Below, piece after piece: positions 1 through 10,010 of a stretch of 64,000 nucleotides of DNA. The position numbers were made by a program, and so were the translations under genes. This stretch comes from Deferribacterales bacterium (GTDB lineage: Bacteria > Chrysiogenota > Deferribacteres > Deferribacterales > Geovibrionaceae). Every line of letters begins with the position of its first letter. Within the stretch, counting starts at the first letter, position 1. The DNA is taken from positions 128,001 through 192,000 of the forward strand of contig JBFWMA010000003.1 in the NCBI GenBank assembly GCA_050251875.1, read 5' to 3'. The notes beneath the pieces were generated by a model. The model ran no database searches. It saw nothing but the letters and a program-made list of their open reading frames with translations, and was not told where the DNA came from.

Positions 1-460
1 GTTGAAAGACGCCGATCTGGTGGTTGTTCTGCTGGACGGATCACAGCCGTTGGAAGATGAGGACAGGCGTGTTCTGGGTGTGACGGAAGGCATGCAGAGG
101 CTCATAGTGCTGAACAAATCTGATAAAGATATGGTGATAGATGGCGTGAAATCAGATTGCAGCGTGTCTGTGAAGTCCGGAGAAGGTATGGCGGAGTTCA
201 TAAGCAGATGCGGAGAGGCTGTAACACTGTCTGACGCAGACAGGTTTAACAAGGCTGTGATGGTAAACTCAAGACAGCTGGGCTTCTTTAACCAGATAAT
301 AGAGTGTGTGGAGAGACTGACGCAGTATGAGTCTATAGATTTTGATATCTTTGAATATGAGCTTAATTCCTCGCTCAGGCTTTTGTCTGAGATCACGGGG
401 CTTTCATACACTGAGGATATTTTGACTAATATCTTCAATAGCTTTTGTATTGGAAAATAA
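1..460 (+). CDS. mnmE: tRNA modification GTPase MnmE (TrmE), C-terminal part; truncated by window start
   Basis: G4 motif NKSD and C-terminal IFNSFCIGK signature; immediately upstream of mnmG. Confidence 0.95.
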   Translation, partial: LKDADLVVVLLDGSQPLEDEDRRVLGVTEGMQRLIVLNKSDKDMVIDGVKSDCSVSVKSGEGMAEFISRCGEAVTLSDADRFNKAVMVNSRQLGFFNQIIECVERLTQYESIDFDIFEYELNSSLRLLSEITGLSYTEDILTNIFNSFCIGK

Positions 461-469
461 TGTGGATAA
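461..469 (-). promoter_or_regulatory. DnaA box (TTATCCACA, perfect consensus)
   Basis: TGTGGATAA on the + strand at 461-469, in the mnmE-mnmG spacer, typically an origin-proximal locus. Confidence 0.6.
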
Positions 470-474
470 GTTGA

Positions 475-490
475 TGTTTCACGTGAAACA
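475..490. promoter_or_regulatory. parS: parS centromere site (ParB binding)
   Basis: TGTTTCACGTGAAACA, exact consensus; the palindrome extends to 20 bp (473-492). Confidence 0.93.
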
Positions 491-510
491 TCGGCATAAT
501 TTGGTGGAAA

Positions 511-2379
511 ATGTTGGTATATGACAAGACCTATGACGTGATAGTGGTGGGCGCCGGACATGCCGGATGTGAAGCGGCGCTGGCTTCAGCCAGAATGGGC
601 GCGAAGACGCTCTTTTTTACCATATCTATCGAGAATGTGGCGCAGATGAGCTGTAACCCCGCTATCGGCGGTCTGGCAAAAGGAAACATAGTAAAAGATA
701 TAGACGCTCTCGGCGGAGAGATGGCGAAAAATATCGATGAGACCGGAATACAGTTCAGAATTCTGAATATGAAAAAGGGTCCGGCAGTCAGAAGCTCCAG
801 AGCACAGGCGGATAAAGAGCTGTACCGTCAGCGCATGCTGGAAATTATTATGCAGGAACCCATGCTCGACCTGAAACAAGGCATGATACATGAGGTTGCG
901 GCGGAAAATAATGAATGTATAGGCGTCATAAGCGACACAGGCATGCTCTACAGAGCGCCGAAAGTCGTTCTCTGTACCGGAACATTCCTGAAAGGACTCA
1001 TCCACATAGGTGAGTGTCATTACGAAGCCGGACGCATGAATGAATTCGCCTCTATAGAGCTGGTTCATTCCATGCATAAACTTGGGTTTGAGACAAAAAG
1101 ACTCAAAACCGGAACACCTGCCAGACTGGATATGGCTACAATAGATTTCAGCAGGCTGGAGGCTCAGGGCGGAGATACTCCCCCTCCCCCATTCTCTTTC
1201 GAGACCAAAAGCATATCACTGCCGCAGGTACCCTGCTACATTACATATACTAATGAGAATACCCACGAAATAATCAGGCAGAACATGCACAGGTCGCCTC
1301 TGTATGCCGGAGTAATTCAGGGCATCGGTCCCAGATACTGCCCATCTATAGAGGATAAGGTTAAAAAATTTCCTGAGAAAACCCGACATCAGATCTTTCT
1401 GGAGCCTGAGGGGCTTAAATCTAAGGAATATTACGCTAACGGTTTTTCATCATCTCTGCCTATCGATGTGCAGATAGCAATGTACAGAAGTGTGGAAGGT
1501 CTGGAGAAGGTGGAATTCGTCAGACCCGCCTATGCCATAGAATATGATTTTGTACAGCCCACCGCTCTGAAACCGACACTGGAAACAAAACTGATAAAAG
1601 GTCTGTTCTTCGCCGGACAGCTCAACGGCACCAGCGGATATGAAGAGGCCGCGGCTCAGGGGCTTGTCGCCGGGATAAACGCTGTGCTGTCTGTAGACAA
1701 CAAAGAACCGTTCATACTCCAGAGAAACGACAGCTATATTGGTGTTATGTGTGACGATCTGGTGAATAAAGGTGTGGACGAACCTTATAGAATGTTCTCT
1801 TCCCGTGCTGAATACAGGCTATGGCTGAGAGAGGACAATGCCGAATACCGTCTTCTGGAAAAAGGATATTCGCTCGGGCTGATATCTAAGGACAGAATGG
1901 ACAGATTCAGCGCTGAGAAAAAACAGTTCGAGGATGAGGTGGCGAGGCTGGGAGAGATAAAAGTAAACCCGAACAAAGAGACCAATGAAAAGATGGCGAG
2001 ATTCGGGATAAATCTGACAGCTAATATCTCCGGAAAAGAGCTTCTGCGCAGACCGGAGATGACATATGAAAATATGAAAGAACTGTATGGCGGTGTCGAT
2101 TGTCCTAAAATAGCGGAGCAGGTCGAGATAGCGGTGAAATATGAAGGCTATCTGACGAAGCAGATGGACGAGATAGACAGGTTCGACAAGATAGAAAAGG
2201 TAAAAATACCTTCCGATATGGATTTCGACAGTATACAAGGTCTTAGGAAAGAATATAAGGACAAGCTGAAAGCTATCCGCCCCGAGACTCTGGGACAGGC
2301 AGGACGTATTCAGGGGATGACCCCCGCCGCCGTGTCTCTGCTGCACATATATATAATGGGAAAAAAACTGAATGATTGA
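511..2379 (+). CDS. mnmG: tRNA uridine-5-carboxymethylaminomethyl synthesis enzyme MnmG (GidA)
   Basis: GAGHAGCEAA FAD motif, SCNPAIGG, GPRYCPSIEDK, GQLNGTSGYEEAAAQG. Confidence 0.98.
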   Translation: MLVYDKTYDVIVVGAGHAGCEAALASARMGAKTLFFTISIENVAQMSCNPAIGGLAKGNIVKDIDALGGEMAKNIDETGIQFRILNMKKGPAVRSSRAQADKELYRQRMLEIIMQEPMLDLKQGMIHEVAAENNECIGVISDTGMLYRAPKVVLCTGTFLKGLIHIGECHYEAGRMNEFASIELVHSMHKLGFETKRLKTGTPARLDMATIDFSRLEAQGGDTPPPPFSFETKSISLPQVPCYITYTNENTHEIIRQNMHRSPLYAGVIQGIGPRYCPSIEDKVKKFPEKTRHQIFLEPEGLKSKEYYANGFSSSLPIDVQIAMYRSVEGLEKVEFVRPAYAIEYDFVQPTALKPTLETKLIKGLFFAGQLNGTSGYEEAAAQGLVAGINAVLSVDNKEPFILQRNDSYIGVMCDDLVNKGVDEPYRMFSSRAEYRLWLREDNAEYRLLEKGYSLGLISKDRMDRFSAEKKQFEDEVARLGEIKVNPNKETNEKMARFGINLTANISGKELLRRPEMTYENMKELYGGVDCPKIAEQVEIAVKYEGYLTKQMDEIDRFDKIEKVKIPSDMDFDSIQGLRKEYKDKLKAIRPETLGQAGRIQGMTPAAVSLLHIYIMGKKLND

Positions 2380-2989
2380 ACAATATTATAGTTTTGATAA
2401 AGATCAGCTTGAGAAGATTGAGCGGTTCTATGAAATGCATGTGAGCGCTGAGCTCAACCTCACCGCCATTAAAGACAGAGAAGATTTCTTTAGAAAACAT
2501 GTACTGGACAGCTTTCTGATTTTTACAGAGAGAAAGCACCTGCTGAAATCTCCTGTGGCTGATATCGGCACGGGCGGCGGTTTTCCGGGTATAATCCTCG
2601 CTATCATGTTTCCGCAGATGAAGTTCACCCTGGTGGACAGCATAGCGAAGAAATGCAAGTTCGTGGAAGACAGCGCAAGGGAGCTGGGGCTTGATAACGT
2701 GGAAGTGATCGTTTCCAGGGCGGAGAATATCAAGAACAGAAAATTCGCCACCATACTGTCACGGGGTGTGGCAAAAACAGACCAGATTCTTAAATATACT
2801 GAGAAGCTGGCCGATAAAAATACAGTATGGCTTCTGTACAAAGGGGAAAACGCAGAAAACGAGCTGGCGGAAGCCAGACAGAGGATAACAAGAAAAAATT
2901 TGGAGTGGGAAAATGTCCGTTATGATACACCGATTCAGAGAACTTATACTATTATCCGTAACGCTGATGATCTTAGCAGGGTGCGTTAG
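2372..2989 (+). CDS. rsmG: 16S rRNA m7G527 methyltransferase RsmG (GidB)
   Basis: LNLTAI, KHVLDS, DIGTGGGFPGI SAM motif; follows mnmG. Confidence 0.95.
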   Translation: MIEQYYSFDKDQLEKIERFYEMHVSAELNLTAIKDREDFFRKHVLDSFLIFTERKHLLKSPVADIGTGGGFPGIILAIMFPQMKFTLVDSIAKKCKFVEDSARELGLDNVEVIVSRAENIKNRKFATILSRGVAKTDQILKYTEKLADKNTVWLLYKGENAENELAEARQRITRKNLEWENVRYDTPIQRTYTIIRNADDLSRVR

Positions 2990-4364
2990 CCAGGTTCAGG
3001 TGGTTGAAGATCCTATCAGGATGTTCAACAAAGAATATTACGCTGTAAAAGATCTGACGCCTTCAGACGTATGGAAGATGAAAGAGATACTCGCCAGTGA
3101 CGACATAGGCGGAGCAAAGAGCGCAGGACTGATACTGGGCAGACATTATGTCAGAAACGGAGAGGTCAGCAAAGGATATGAGCTGATAAAAGGCAATCTG
3201 GATGACAGCTATCTGGATAAGTTCATGAAGGCGAGCGGGCACATATGGGCATATGACGCCGCCGTGAAGATGAACGACACAGAGACGGCTGAAAAAGAGA
3301 AAGCCTACATCAATAAATTGGACATGGACGAAAAGACAGATAAAGCTGTCAGGGTTTACTGCGGACAGGAGAAGAAAGGCACAGCCGGAACATCCGGAAA
3401 AAGCTGTATTTTCGGACAGGAATCAAAAGTGACCGCTCCTGAGAAAAAACAGGAAGTGATCGCCCTCCCCCCCAAGGCTGAAACATTGCCGGAAAAGAAA
3501 CCCGAAACAGCACAGAAAAGCGAGGCTCTAAAAAAGAAGCTCGTGATAAACGTGAAAGAGAGCGTGAAAAACCCCGAGCTGGTGGAAGCGATGCTCTACA
3601 GCGTGAGCAAGCTGAAGATGAACGCTGAGCTTGATTTCGAAGGTGAAAAAGGCGGATACGACTATATAGTAGACGCATCCGAAAGAAGCATCGGATACGG
3701 TCTGAATAAAATAGATTTCAGCGTGGACAGAAAGAAACAGATAAAAAAGACTGCCGAATACGTCATTAAAGACGGAGCTAAAAAGATTGCTATCGGATAC
3801 ACAGACGGGCTGAGAGACACAGCGGCGGAGATAGCTGACGAATACAAAGATCAGGCGGATTTCTATCTGTTCAACATACAGGACAAAGATTTTCAGGCTA
3901 AGCTGAACGACATTAAAAATAAGATAGGTAAAAACAGCGGACTTTCATATGTTCTGGCAGGATCACAGAACCAGATTCTGAAAGTTGTCCCCTTTCTTAA
4001 ATATTTCTCACCTAAGCCGGACAGAACAGTCGTTGGTGTGGCTATGGACAGCCTTAGCAAAAAATTCTATTCAGGTGAATTCGCTGACTATACCAGAAAC
4101 GCCGTAGTGGTTACGGATATCCTGCTGGCGGAGAATGTGAACGCAGAGATGTTCAGCGAGAATTTCAGCAAGGATTTCGGAAAAGTACCCGGGCTGAACG
4201 ATATGCTGGGATATGACATGATGATATACATGGAAAAAACCAGAAATCCTGAATATAAGAACGAATATCTGACCGGAATAGTAAAGGCGGATGATGCCGG
4301 AGTAACAAGAAAAACAGGAGCTTACCGCATTCTTTCAGGCGGCAAGCTCAAGAAATTAGATTAA
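2913..4364 (+). CDS. Lipoprotein, possibly LpoA/LppC-like (helical N-domain, P/K/E linker, periplasmic-binding-fold C-domain)
   Basis: Lipobox LAGC after a hydrophobic stretch; low-complexity linker; the fold assignment is inference. Confidence 0.6.
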   Translation: MSVMIHRFRELILLSVTLMILAGCVSQVQVVEDPIRMFNKEYYAVKDLTPSDVWKMKEILASDDIGGAKSAGLILGRHYVRNGEVSKGYELIKGNLDDSYLDKFMKASGHIWAYDAAVKMNDTETAEKEKAYINKLDMDEKTDKAVRVYCGQEKKGTAGTSGKSCIFGQESKVTAPEKKQEVIALPPKAETLPEKKPETAQKSEALKKKLVINVKESVKNPELVEAMLYSVSKLKMNAELDFEGEKGGYDYIVDASERSIGYGLNKIDFSVDRKKQIKKTAEYVIKDGAKKIAIGYTDGLRDTAAEIADEYKDQADFYLFNIQDKDFQAKLNDIKNKIGKNSGLSYVLAGSQNQILKVVPFLKYFSPKPDRTVVGVAMDSLSKKFYSGEFADYTRNAVVVTDILLAENVNAEMFSENFSKDFGKVPGLNDMLGYDMMIYMEKTRNPEYKNEYLTGIVKADDAGVTRKTGAYRILSGGKLKKLD

Positions 4365-5428
4365 TCCACTTCTATAAGTCTGTAATCAGTTGAGCCTATG
4401 CCGAGCTTTTCGGCGTGGGCCAGCTGAATGGACGCGTCCACACTGGGATAGATCGCCGCGAAGGGATCGACACCGCCGTTCGCTTTAATCACTAGATCAT
4501 GACAAGCCTTATCCAGAGCCACAGGGTCTGTTGACGCCGCAAAGCCGATGTCCGCCACAACGGGTCTGTCGTTACCGCCGTAACAGTCGCAGGCGGGAGA
4601 CACGGATGTGATAATGCTGAGGAAAACAAGTTTATTATTAAGCGCCTTAAAGACGCCAGCGGCGTATTCCGCCATTTTCTTTTGAGTGGAGGCGGAAGAA
4701 GCATTCCAATTGATATGAATAGCTGATTCCGGGCAGACACTGATACACATTGCGCATCCGGTACAGCGGTCGGATATGAAAGCCTTAGGAGTCATGTCGA
4801 TAGCGTTGGAAGCACAGAAGCCCAGACACCGTCCGCAGGATGTGCAGAGATCAGGCACAACTGTGGGGCAGGAATCAGAGTGCATGTCCAGCTTTCCTTT
4901 TCTGCATGAACAGCCCATCGATATATTTTTGATAGCTCCGCCGAAACCTGTCACCTCGTGTCCTTTAAAGTGGGACACAACCATCATGCCGTCAGCCGAA
5001 GCAATGTCCGCCGCTATATGAACGGTTTTAAGAAGCTCGCCGTCAATATCGATATCGGCTGAGTTGTCCCCTCTTAGCCCGTCTGCGATTATGACAGGCA
5101 CCTGAAGGGTGGAATAGTTAAATCCGTTCAGCGTGGCGTTATGCAGGTGGTCAACGCTGTTGGTGCGCATGCCCACATAGAGGGTGTTTGTATCGGTAAG
5201 AAAAGGCTTAGTGCCGAGGTTGCCGAGTTTCTCGAGAACCGGTCTCAGAAAGATGGGTCTGGTGAAGGCAGTGTTGCCCAGCTCGCCAAAATGTGTTTTA
5301 ACCGCAATGATCTCATTCTTCTTGAAAAAATCCTCAGGGGCGCATCTGTTTATAATTTTCTTTATCTTGAGCAGAGGGCTTTTGTGCTTCTTGCAGTCTA
5401 CCGTGGTAAAATAAACATCTGAACTCAT
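4361..5428 (-). CDS. DUF362 family protein with 2x[4Fe-4S] ferredoxin domain
   Basis: KTHFGELGN, SHFKGH..GFGGAIKNISMG, two CxxCxxCxxxC motifs, SPACDC. Confidence 0.9.
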   Translation of the reverse strand: MSSDVYFTTVDCKKHKSPLLKIKKIINRCAPEDFFKKNEIIAVKTHFGELGNTAFTRPIFLRPVLEKLGNLGTKPFLTDTNTLYVGMRTNSVDHLHNATLNGFNYSTLQVPVIIADGLRGDNSADIDIDGELLKTVHIAADIASADGMMVVSHFKGHEVTGFGGAIKNISMGCSCRKGKLDMHSDSCPTVVPDLCTSCGRCLGFCASNAIDMTPKAFISDRCTGCAMCISVCPESAIHINWNASSASTQKKMAEYAAGVFKALNNKLVFLSIITSVSPACDCYGGNDRPVVADIGFAASTDPVALDKACHDLVIKANGGVDPFAAIYPSVDASIQLAHAEKLGIGSTDYRLIEVD

Positions 5429-5525
5429 AAAAACTCCTAGAAAATAATAGATTAAATTTAAAATTCCATTAAAATAGAATTATACACAATATTAGTGCAA
5501 CACACACGCATAAGCAAGGAGTGTT

Positions 5526-6755
5526 ATGAGTACCTTCTTTATTGGCAGACAGCCTATCATAGACAGAAAAGAGCAGATAGCCGGCTATGAGATTCTATTC
5601 AGAAGTGAAGGTGCGACAAAAGCGGAAATAACCGACAACAGACACGCCACCGCAAGGGTTCTGGTAAACATGCTTCAGAACTTCAGCATCGAGACGCTGT
5701 TGGGCGGTCGAAAAGGTTTTATCAATGTAGATGATAAAATGATATTGGACGGCACTCTGGATATCCTGCCTAAAGACAAGCTGGTTTTCGAGATACTGGA
5801 GACCAGTGAAATCAATAAAGATGTTATCGATAAGATAGTTGAATACAGAGAAAACGGATACAGCTTTGCTCTGGACGATCTGGAGTTTACAAAAGAATAT
5901 TTTATGACGTTCAGAGAGATTTTTCCGCTGGTTGATTTTATCAAGGTGGATTATCTGCTGTGCGATAAGGCTCAGCTTTTTCAGAACATAGACATTTTGA
6001 AAAAATTCAGGGCGAAACTGCTGGCGGAAAAAGTAGAGACTGCGGAAGAACACACCATCTGCCGTGAGCTGGGTTTTGACCTGTTTCAGGGATATTACTT
6101 CGCAAAACCCACAGTGATAAGCCAGAAGGCGGTAGACCCGTCGAAAGCGGCGATCATACATCTGATAAACATGCTGAGAAAAGACGCTGATGTGAAAGAC
6201 GTGGAGGATGTGATAAAGACGCATCCCGATCTTTATATCAACCTGATGAAGTTTATGAACTCGGCGGCGTTCTTTACCCAGACGGAGATAAAATCCATAA
6301 AACACGCCATAGCGCTGATAGGCAGAAAGAATCTGACAAAATGGCTCTATCTGATTCTGTATGCCGGAACGAACAACGACAGTTTTTCTAATCCCCTGCT
6401 CCTGACAGCGCAGATAAGAGCGAAGGCGATGGAGCTGATGTGCGAGAAGAGCATTAGTTTTAAGAATAAAGCGGACAGCGCATATATAGCCGGGATCATG
6501 TCTCTGCTGGACGTGGTATTTAATAAAGATCTGAAAGATATCGTGGACGAATTTCACATAGATCCGGAAATAAAAAAGGCTGTGGTCGATTTCGAGGGTG
6601 AAATCGGGGCAATGCTCAAGATCCTCAAATATTATGAGGCGGATGATGTTGAAAAGCTGATGGAAAGCTTTCAGGCGATAAACATGAATACTGATGAATT
6701 TAACAGTATTATGACCGAATGTTACAGTCAGAGTGAAAATAGCTGCGATATATAA
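5526..6755 (+). CDS. EAL-HDOD c-di-GMP phosphodiesterase (YuxH/PdeH/CdgJ type)
   Basis: RQPI, YEILFR, FINV, EILE, ALDD, IKVD, AEKVET, QGYYF, followed by an HDOD domain. Confidence 0.9.
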   Translation: MSTFFIGRQPIIDRKEQIAGYEILFRSEGATKAEITDNRHATARVLVNMLQNFSIETLLGGRKGFINVDDKMILDGTLDILPKDKLVFEILETSEINKDVIDKIVEYRENGYSFALDDLEFTKEYFMTFREIFPLVDFIKVDYLLCDKAQLFQNIDILKKFRAKLLAEKVETAEEHTICRELGFDLFQGYYFAKPTVISQKAVDPSKAAIIHLINMLRKDADVKDVEDVIKTHPDLYINLMKFMNSAAFFTQTEIKSIKHAIALIGRKNLTKWLYLILYAGTNNDSFSNPLLLTAQIRAKAMELMCEKSISFKNKADSAYIAGIMSLLDVVFNKDLKDIVDEFHIDPEIKKAVVDFEGEIGAMLKILKYYEADDVEKLMESFQAINMNTDEFNSIMTECYSQSENSCDI

Positions 6756-6828
6756 AAAAATTGTAATTATAAAAACAAAGATTTTATTGACGATTGCCTA
6801 TATTTTTGTAAGGATATACAATAATAAT

Positions 6829-6843
6829 ACAATGTTACATTGT
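6829..6843. promoter_or_regulatory. Perfect 15-bp palindrome, candidate IclR operator
   Basis: ACAATGT-T-ACATTGT ending 11 bp before the IclR start codon. Confidence 0.5.
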
Positions 6844-6854
6844 GCGGGGCAGTT

Positions 6855-7646
6855 ATGAAAAGAGAAAAATCAGAATACGCGGTGCAGGCGGTCAGCAACG
6901 CCATAGATATACTTGAGCTTTTAGGCGACAGTGATAACGAGCTGAGTATCACGGATGTTGTGGCTAAGCTGAATCTTACCAGAAGCAACGTCAACAAGCT
7001 GCTCGCCACTCTGGAGATGCTCGGATATGTGGAGCATAACAGATACACAGGAAATTTCAGACTGGGTGTTAAGACATTCCAGATTTCACAGGCATACATC
7101 AACAAGCTGAATCTGATAGAGATATCCATTCAGGTTCTTCAGCAGCTCAAAAACGACACCAACGAATCCGCATACATCAGCGTCCTGCGTGACGGCAATG
7201 TAGTCTATCTGAACGTTGTGGAGACAGAGCAGGCCGTCAGGGTTCTGCCCAGAATAGGCAACGTGGGTCCCGCATATGCCACCGCCACAGGAAAAGCTCA
7301 GCTCGCCTATTATGACCCGATAGAGCTGGAAAAACTCTATGTGGGTGAGTTCAGAAAGATAACTCCTAATACTATCAAGAACTTCGACCAGCTCAAAGAC
7401 GAGATGGACGAGATCAGAAGAAACGGATACGCTCTGGACAACGAGGAATATGAGCTCGGTGTGCGCTGTGTGGGCGCCCCTATAAAAGATTTCATGGGAA
7501 ATATCATTGCCGGGATCAGTGTCTCCGCTCCCACAGAGCGCATGGGGATGGATCAGATCAGAGAGAGCATAGCGCCCATGGTTCTGGAAGCGGCAAAAGT
7601 TCTTTCCAAAAAATTCGGCTTCAGAGAGCTGGGATCAGAAGATTAA
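6855..7646 (+). CDS. IclR family transcriptional regulator
   Basis: N-terminal wHTH (VQAVSNAIDILELL), TATGKAQLA, GYALDNEEYELGVRCVGAPI. Confidence 0.95.
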   Translation: MKREKSEYAVQAVSNAIDILELLGDSDNELSITDVVAKLNLTRSNVNKLLATLEMLGYVEHNRYTGNFRLGVKTFQISQAYINKLNLIEISIQVLQQLKNDTNESAYISVLRDGNVVYLNVVETEQAVRVLPRIGNVGPAYATATGKAQLAYYDPIELEKLYVGEFRKITPNTIKNFDQLKDEMDEIRRNGYALDNEEYELGVRCVGAPIKDFMGNIIAGISVSAPTERMGMDQIRESIAPMVLEAAKVLSKKFGFRELGSED

Positions 7647-7698
7647 ATTAAATCTGTTATTCGGTTGAAATAAAACAGATATCGGGGTTAAATATTAC

Positions 7699-9948
7699 AT
7701 GAACCCTGAAGAAAACAACTACATACTATTTATAACCTCTGACAGCTCATTGAACGAGTGCATCTGCACATATCTGCGGGACAATGATATCAGGACTGAT
7801 ATCGTTATCGCTGCCAATCTCAGTGAATATTCAGAAAAACTCTTATCCGGAAAATGCATCCTGACACTTGCCGATGGAAATATGGGCAGTGTTATCGTCA
7901 GTCAGGCTATATCAATTTCAAAATCCATCAACAGGGAACTGCCTTTCATAATCATCACAGTGAAAGAGAAACAGGACGAAGCGGCGGAATATATAGACTC
8001 CGGCGCAAGCGACTACATCACCACCGACAACATCAAACGTCTGATTCCCGTCATCAACAGGGAGATCAGGGCATATAAAGAAGTGATAGCCGGGCAGAAA
8101 GCCAGACAGGAGATAAAGGAACTGCTGAATATAATCAACTCGGCGGAGGACGAGATATATATCCTGGAAGGCGACAGCTTTAAGATAAAATTCGCCAACG
8201 CAAAAGCGGCTAAAAATCTTAAATACAGCATTTTAGAGCTGAAAGACATGAGCATGAACGACATCACAAAAGACGTTCTGCCTATCAGCGCCATAGCCGG
8301 CGGGAGCCCTTCACCCAGAAAAACATTTTATACGAAGATGATGCGCCGGGACAAGACGGTGTATCCCGCAGAAGCTGTGTTTCAGACAGCGGAAACAGAG
8401 GGCAAGAGAGCCGTTCTGGTTATCCTGCACGACATAACTGAAAAAGAGACAGCCAAACAGCATGCCGTTGTGATGAACAAAGCAATAGAGGCGTCAGCCT
8501 CCGCCGTCACCATTACAGATAACGAATACAACATAGTCTATGTGAACGAGGCGCAGTGCAGGCTCTCCGGCAGAAGCAGAAAAGAGCTGATGGGCGCTAA
8601 TGTCATAACCACAGTGGACGGAAAAGGCAAAAGCGCAGAGTTTTCCGGAGCGCTGAAAGCCTGCTCGGAAGGCAAGAGCTGGGTGGGCGAATATCACAAG
8701 ATCGCCCGTGACAATGAGACATACACAGTGCTCGGTTCTGTCTCCCCTATTTTCGATGAGACAGCCGAGCTGACAAACATAATCATAGTGGAAGAGGATA
8801 TCAGCGAGCGCATAAGGATAAAGAGCCAGCTGATGCACGCCCAGAAGATGGAGACGGTGGGAGAGCTCACCAGCGGAATAGCCCACGACTTTACCAACAT
8901 GCTTACAGCAATAGGCGGCTTCGCCTCCATCATGAAGAGAAAGATGGATGTCGAGAGCAGTTTTTACACCTATGTGGAAAAAATAGTGGAACTCACCATC
9001 CGGGCAAAAAGCCTCACGCAGAACCTGCTGACATTCTCCAGAAAACAGATGCAGGCGGAGAGAGTTATCAGCCTGAACACGCTGGTTAATACTGTCAGCG
9101 GATTCCTGGCGATGGTTATCGGAAGCAAGCTGGAGATAAAGCTGAATCTCTCTGAAGAGGACGTGAATATTATAGGAGACCCTGTTCAGCTGGAGCAGGT
9201 TATCATAAACCTCGCCACAAACGCCAGAGACGCCGTGGACAGAAACGGCGTGCTCACCATATCCACTGATAAGATAATGATAAGCGACCCCGCCGGAGGG
9301 TTTAAGGAATACGGCGTCATCAGTGTTAAAGACAACGGCTGCGGCATAGACGAGAAGAAGGTCAAAAAGATATTCGAGCCCTTCTACACCACAAAAGAGG
9401 AAGGCAAAGGCACCGGGCTGGGGCTTTACATAGTCAGCGATATCATCACCAGGCATAAGGGCATGATAGAGTGCGCGAGCGAGATCGGCGTGGGTACAGA
9501 GTTCATAATCAAACTGCCCATAACAGAGAAAAAACCAGAGAGCGCCCAGGACGAGGCGGAAGTAAAAACATCCAAAAGCGCCACCATCCTTCTGGTGGAA
9601 GACGAAAAGATGGTTAGAGAGAGTCTGGTGAACGCTCTGGACGCATACGGATATAAGGTTGTCGAGGCGATAAACGGCAAAGACGCCATAGAGAAATATT
9701 CAGCGTCTAAAGAGCACATCGATCTTATCATCAGCGACATCGTGATGCCCGTCATGGACGGTATAGAGATGTACGCTAAGCTGAGCGCCGCCGATCCTGA
9801 TCTGAAAATTATATTCACCACCGGATATGTGGGCGAAACGCACAAAAGAAACAATTTTGATGAGAAAGACCATATAGTTCTGCTGAAACCTCTGCTTGTG
9901 AAAGAGCTCATCAAAAGGATAGAACAGCTCCTCTCTACCAACAGCTAA
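7699..9948 (+). CDS. Hybrid sensor histidine kinase (REC-PAS-PAS-HisKA-HATPase-REC), cytoplasmic
   Basis: AHDFTN H-box, NLATNARDA N-box, DNGCGI, FEPFYTTK, GTGLGL; C-terminal REC ISDIVMP. Confidence 0.93.
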   Translation: MNPEENNYILFITSDSSLNECICTYLRDNDIRTDIVIAANLSEYSEKLLSGKCILTLADGNMGSVIVSQAISISKSINRELPFIIITVKEKQDEAAEYIDSGASDYITTDNIKRLIPVINREIRAYKEVIAGQKARQEIKELLNIINSAEDEIYILEGDSFKIKFANAKAAKNLKYSILELKDMSMNDITKDVLPISAIAGGSPSPRKTFYTKMMRRDKTVYPAEAVFQTAETEGKRAVLVILHDITEKETAKQHAVVMNKAIEASASAVTITDNEYNIVYVNEAQCRLSGRSRKELMGANVITTVDGKGKSAEFSGALKACSEGKSWVGEYHKIARDNETYTVLGSVSPIFDETAELTNIIIVEEDISERIRIKSQLMHAQKMETVGELTSGIAHDFTNMLTAIGGFASIMKRKMDVESSFYTYVEKIVELTIRAKSLTQNLLTFSRKQMQAERVISLNTLVNTVSGFLAMVIGSKLEIKLNLSEEDVNIIGDPVQLEQVIINLATNARDAVDRNGVLTISTDKIMISDPAGGFKEYGVISVKDNGCGIDEKKVKKIFEPFYTTKEEGKGTGLGLYIVSDIITRHKGMIECASEIGVGTEFIIKLPITEKKPESAQDEAEVKTSKSATILLVEDEKMVRESLVNALDAYGYKVVEAINGKDAIEKYSASKEHIDLIISDIVMPVMDGIEMYAKLSAADPDLKIIFTTGYVGETHKRNNFDEKDHIVLLKPLLVKELIKRIEQLLSTNS

Positions 9949-10010
9949 TCATTCTCAGTTGATAATCCAAAAATCGGGTGGTAATCTTAAGTTTAAACCC
10001 AGAGGTGCCT

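Noticed and set aside
8494..9456. 320-aa antisense ORF over the hybrid kinase (also 5595-6557, 13756-14616, 29234-30124, 52462-53217)
   Set aside because: Shadow ORFs opposite well-supported genes, with no recognisable motifs.
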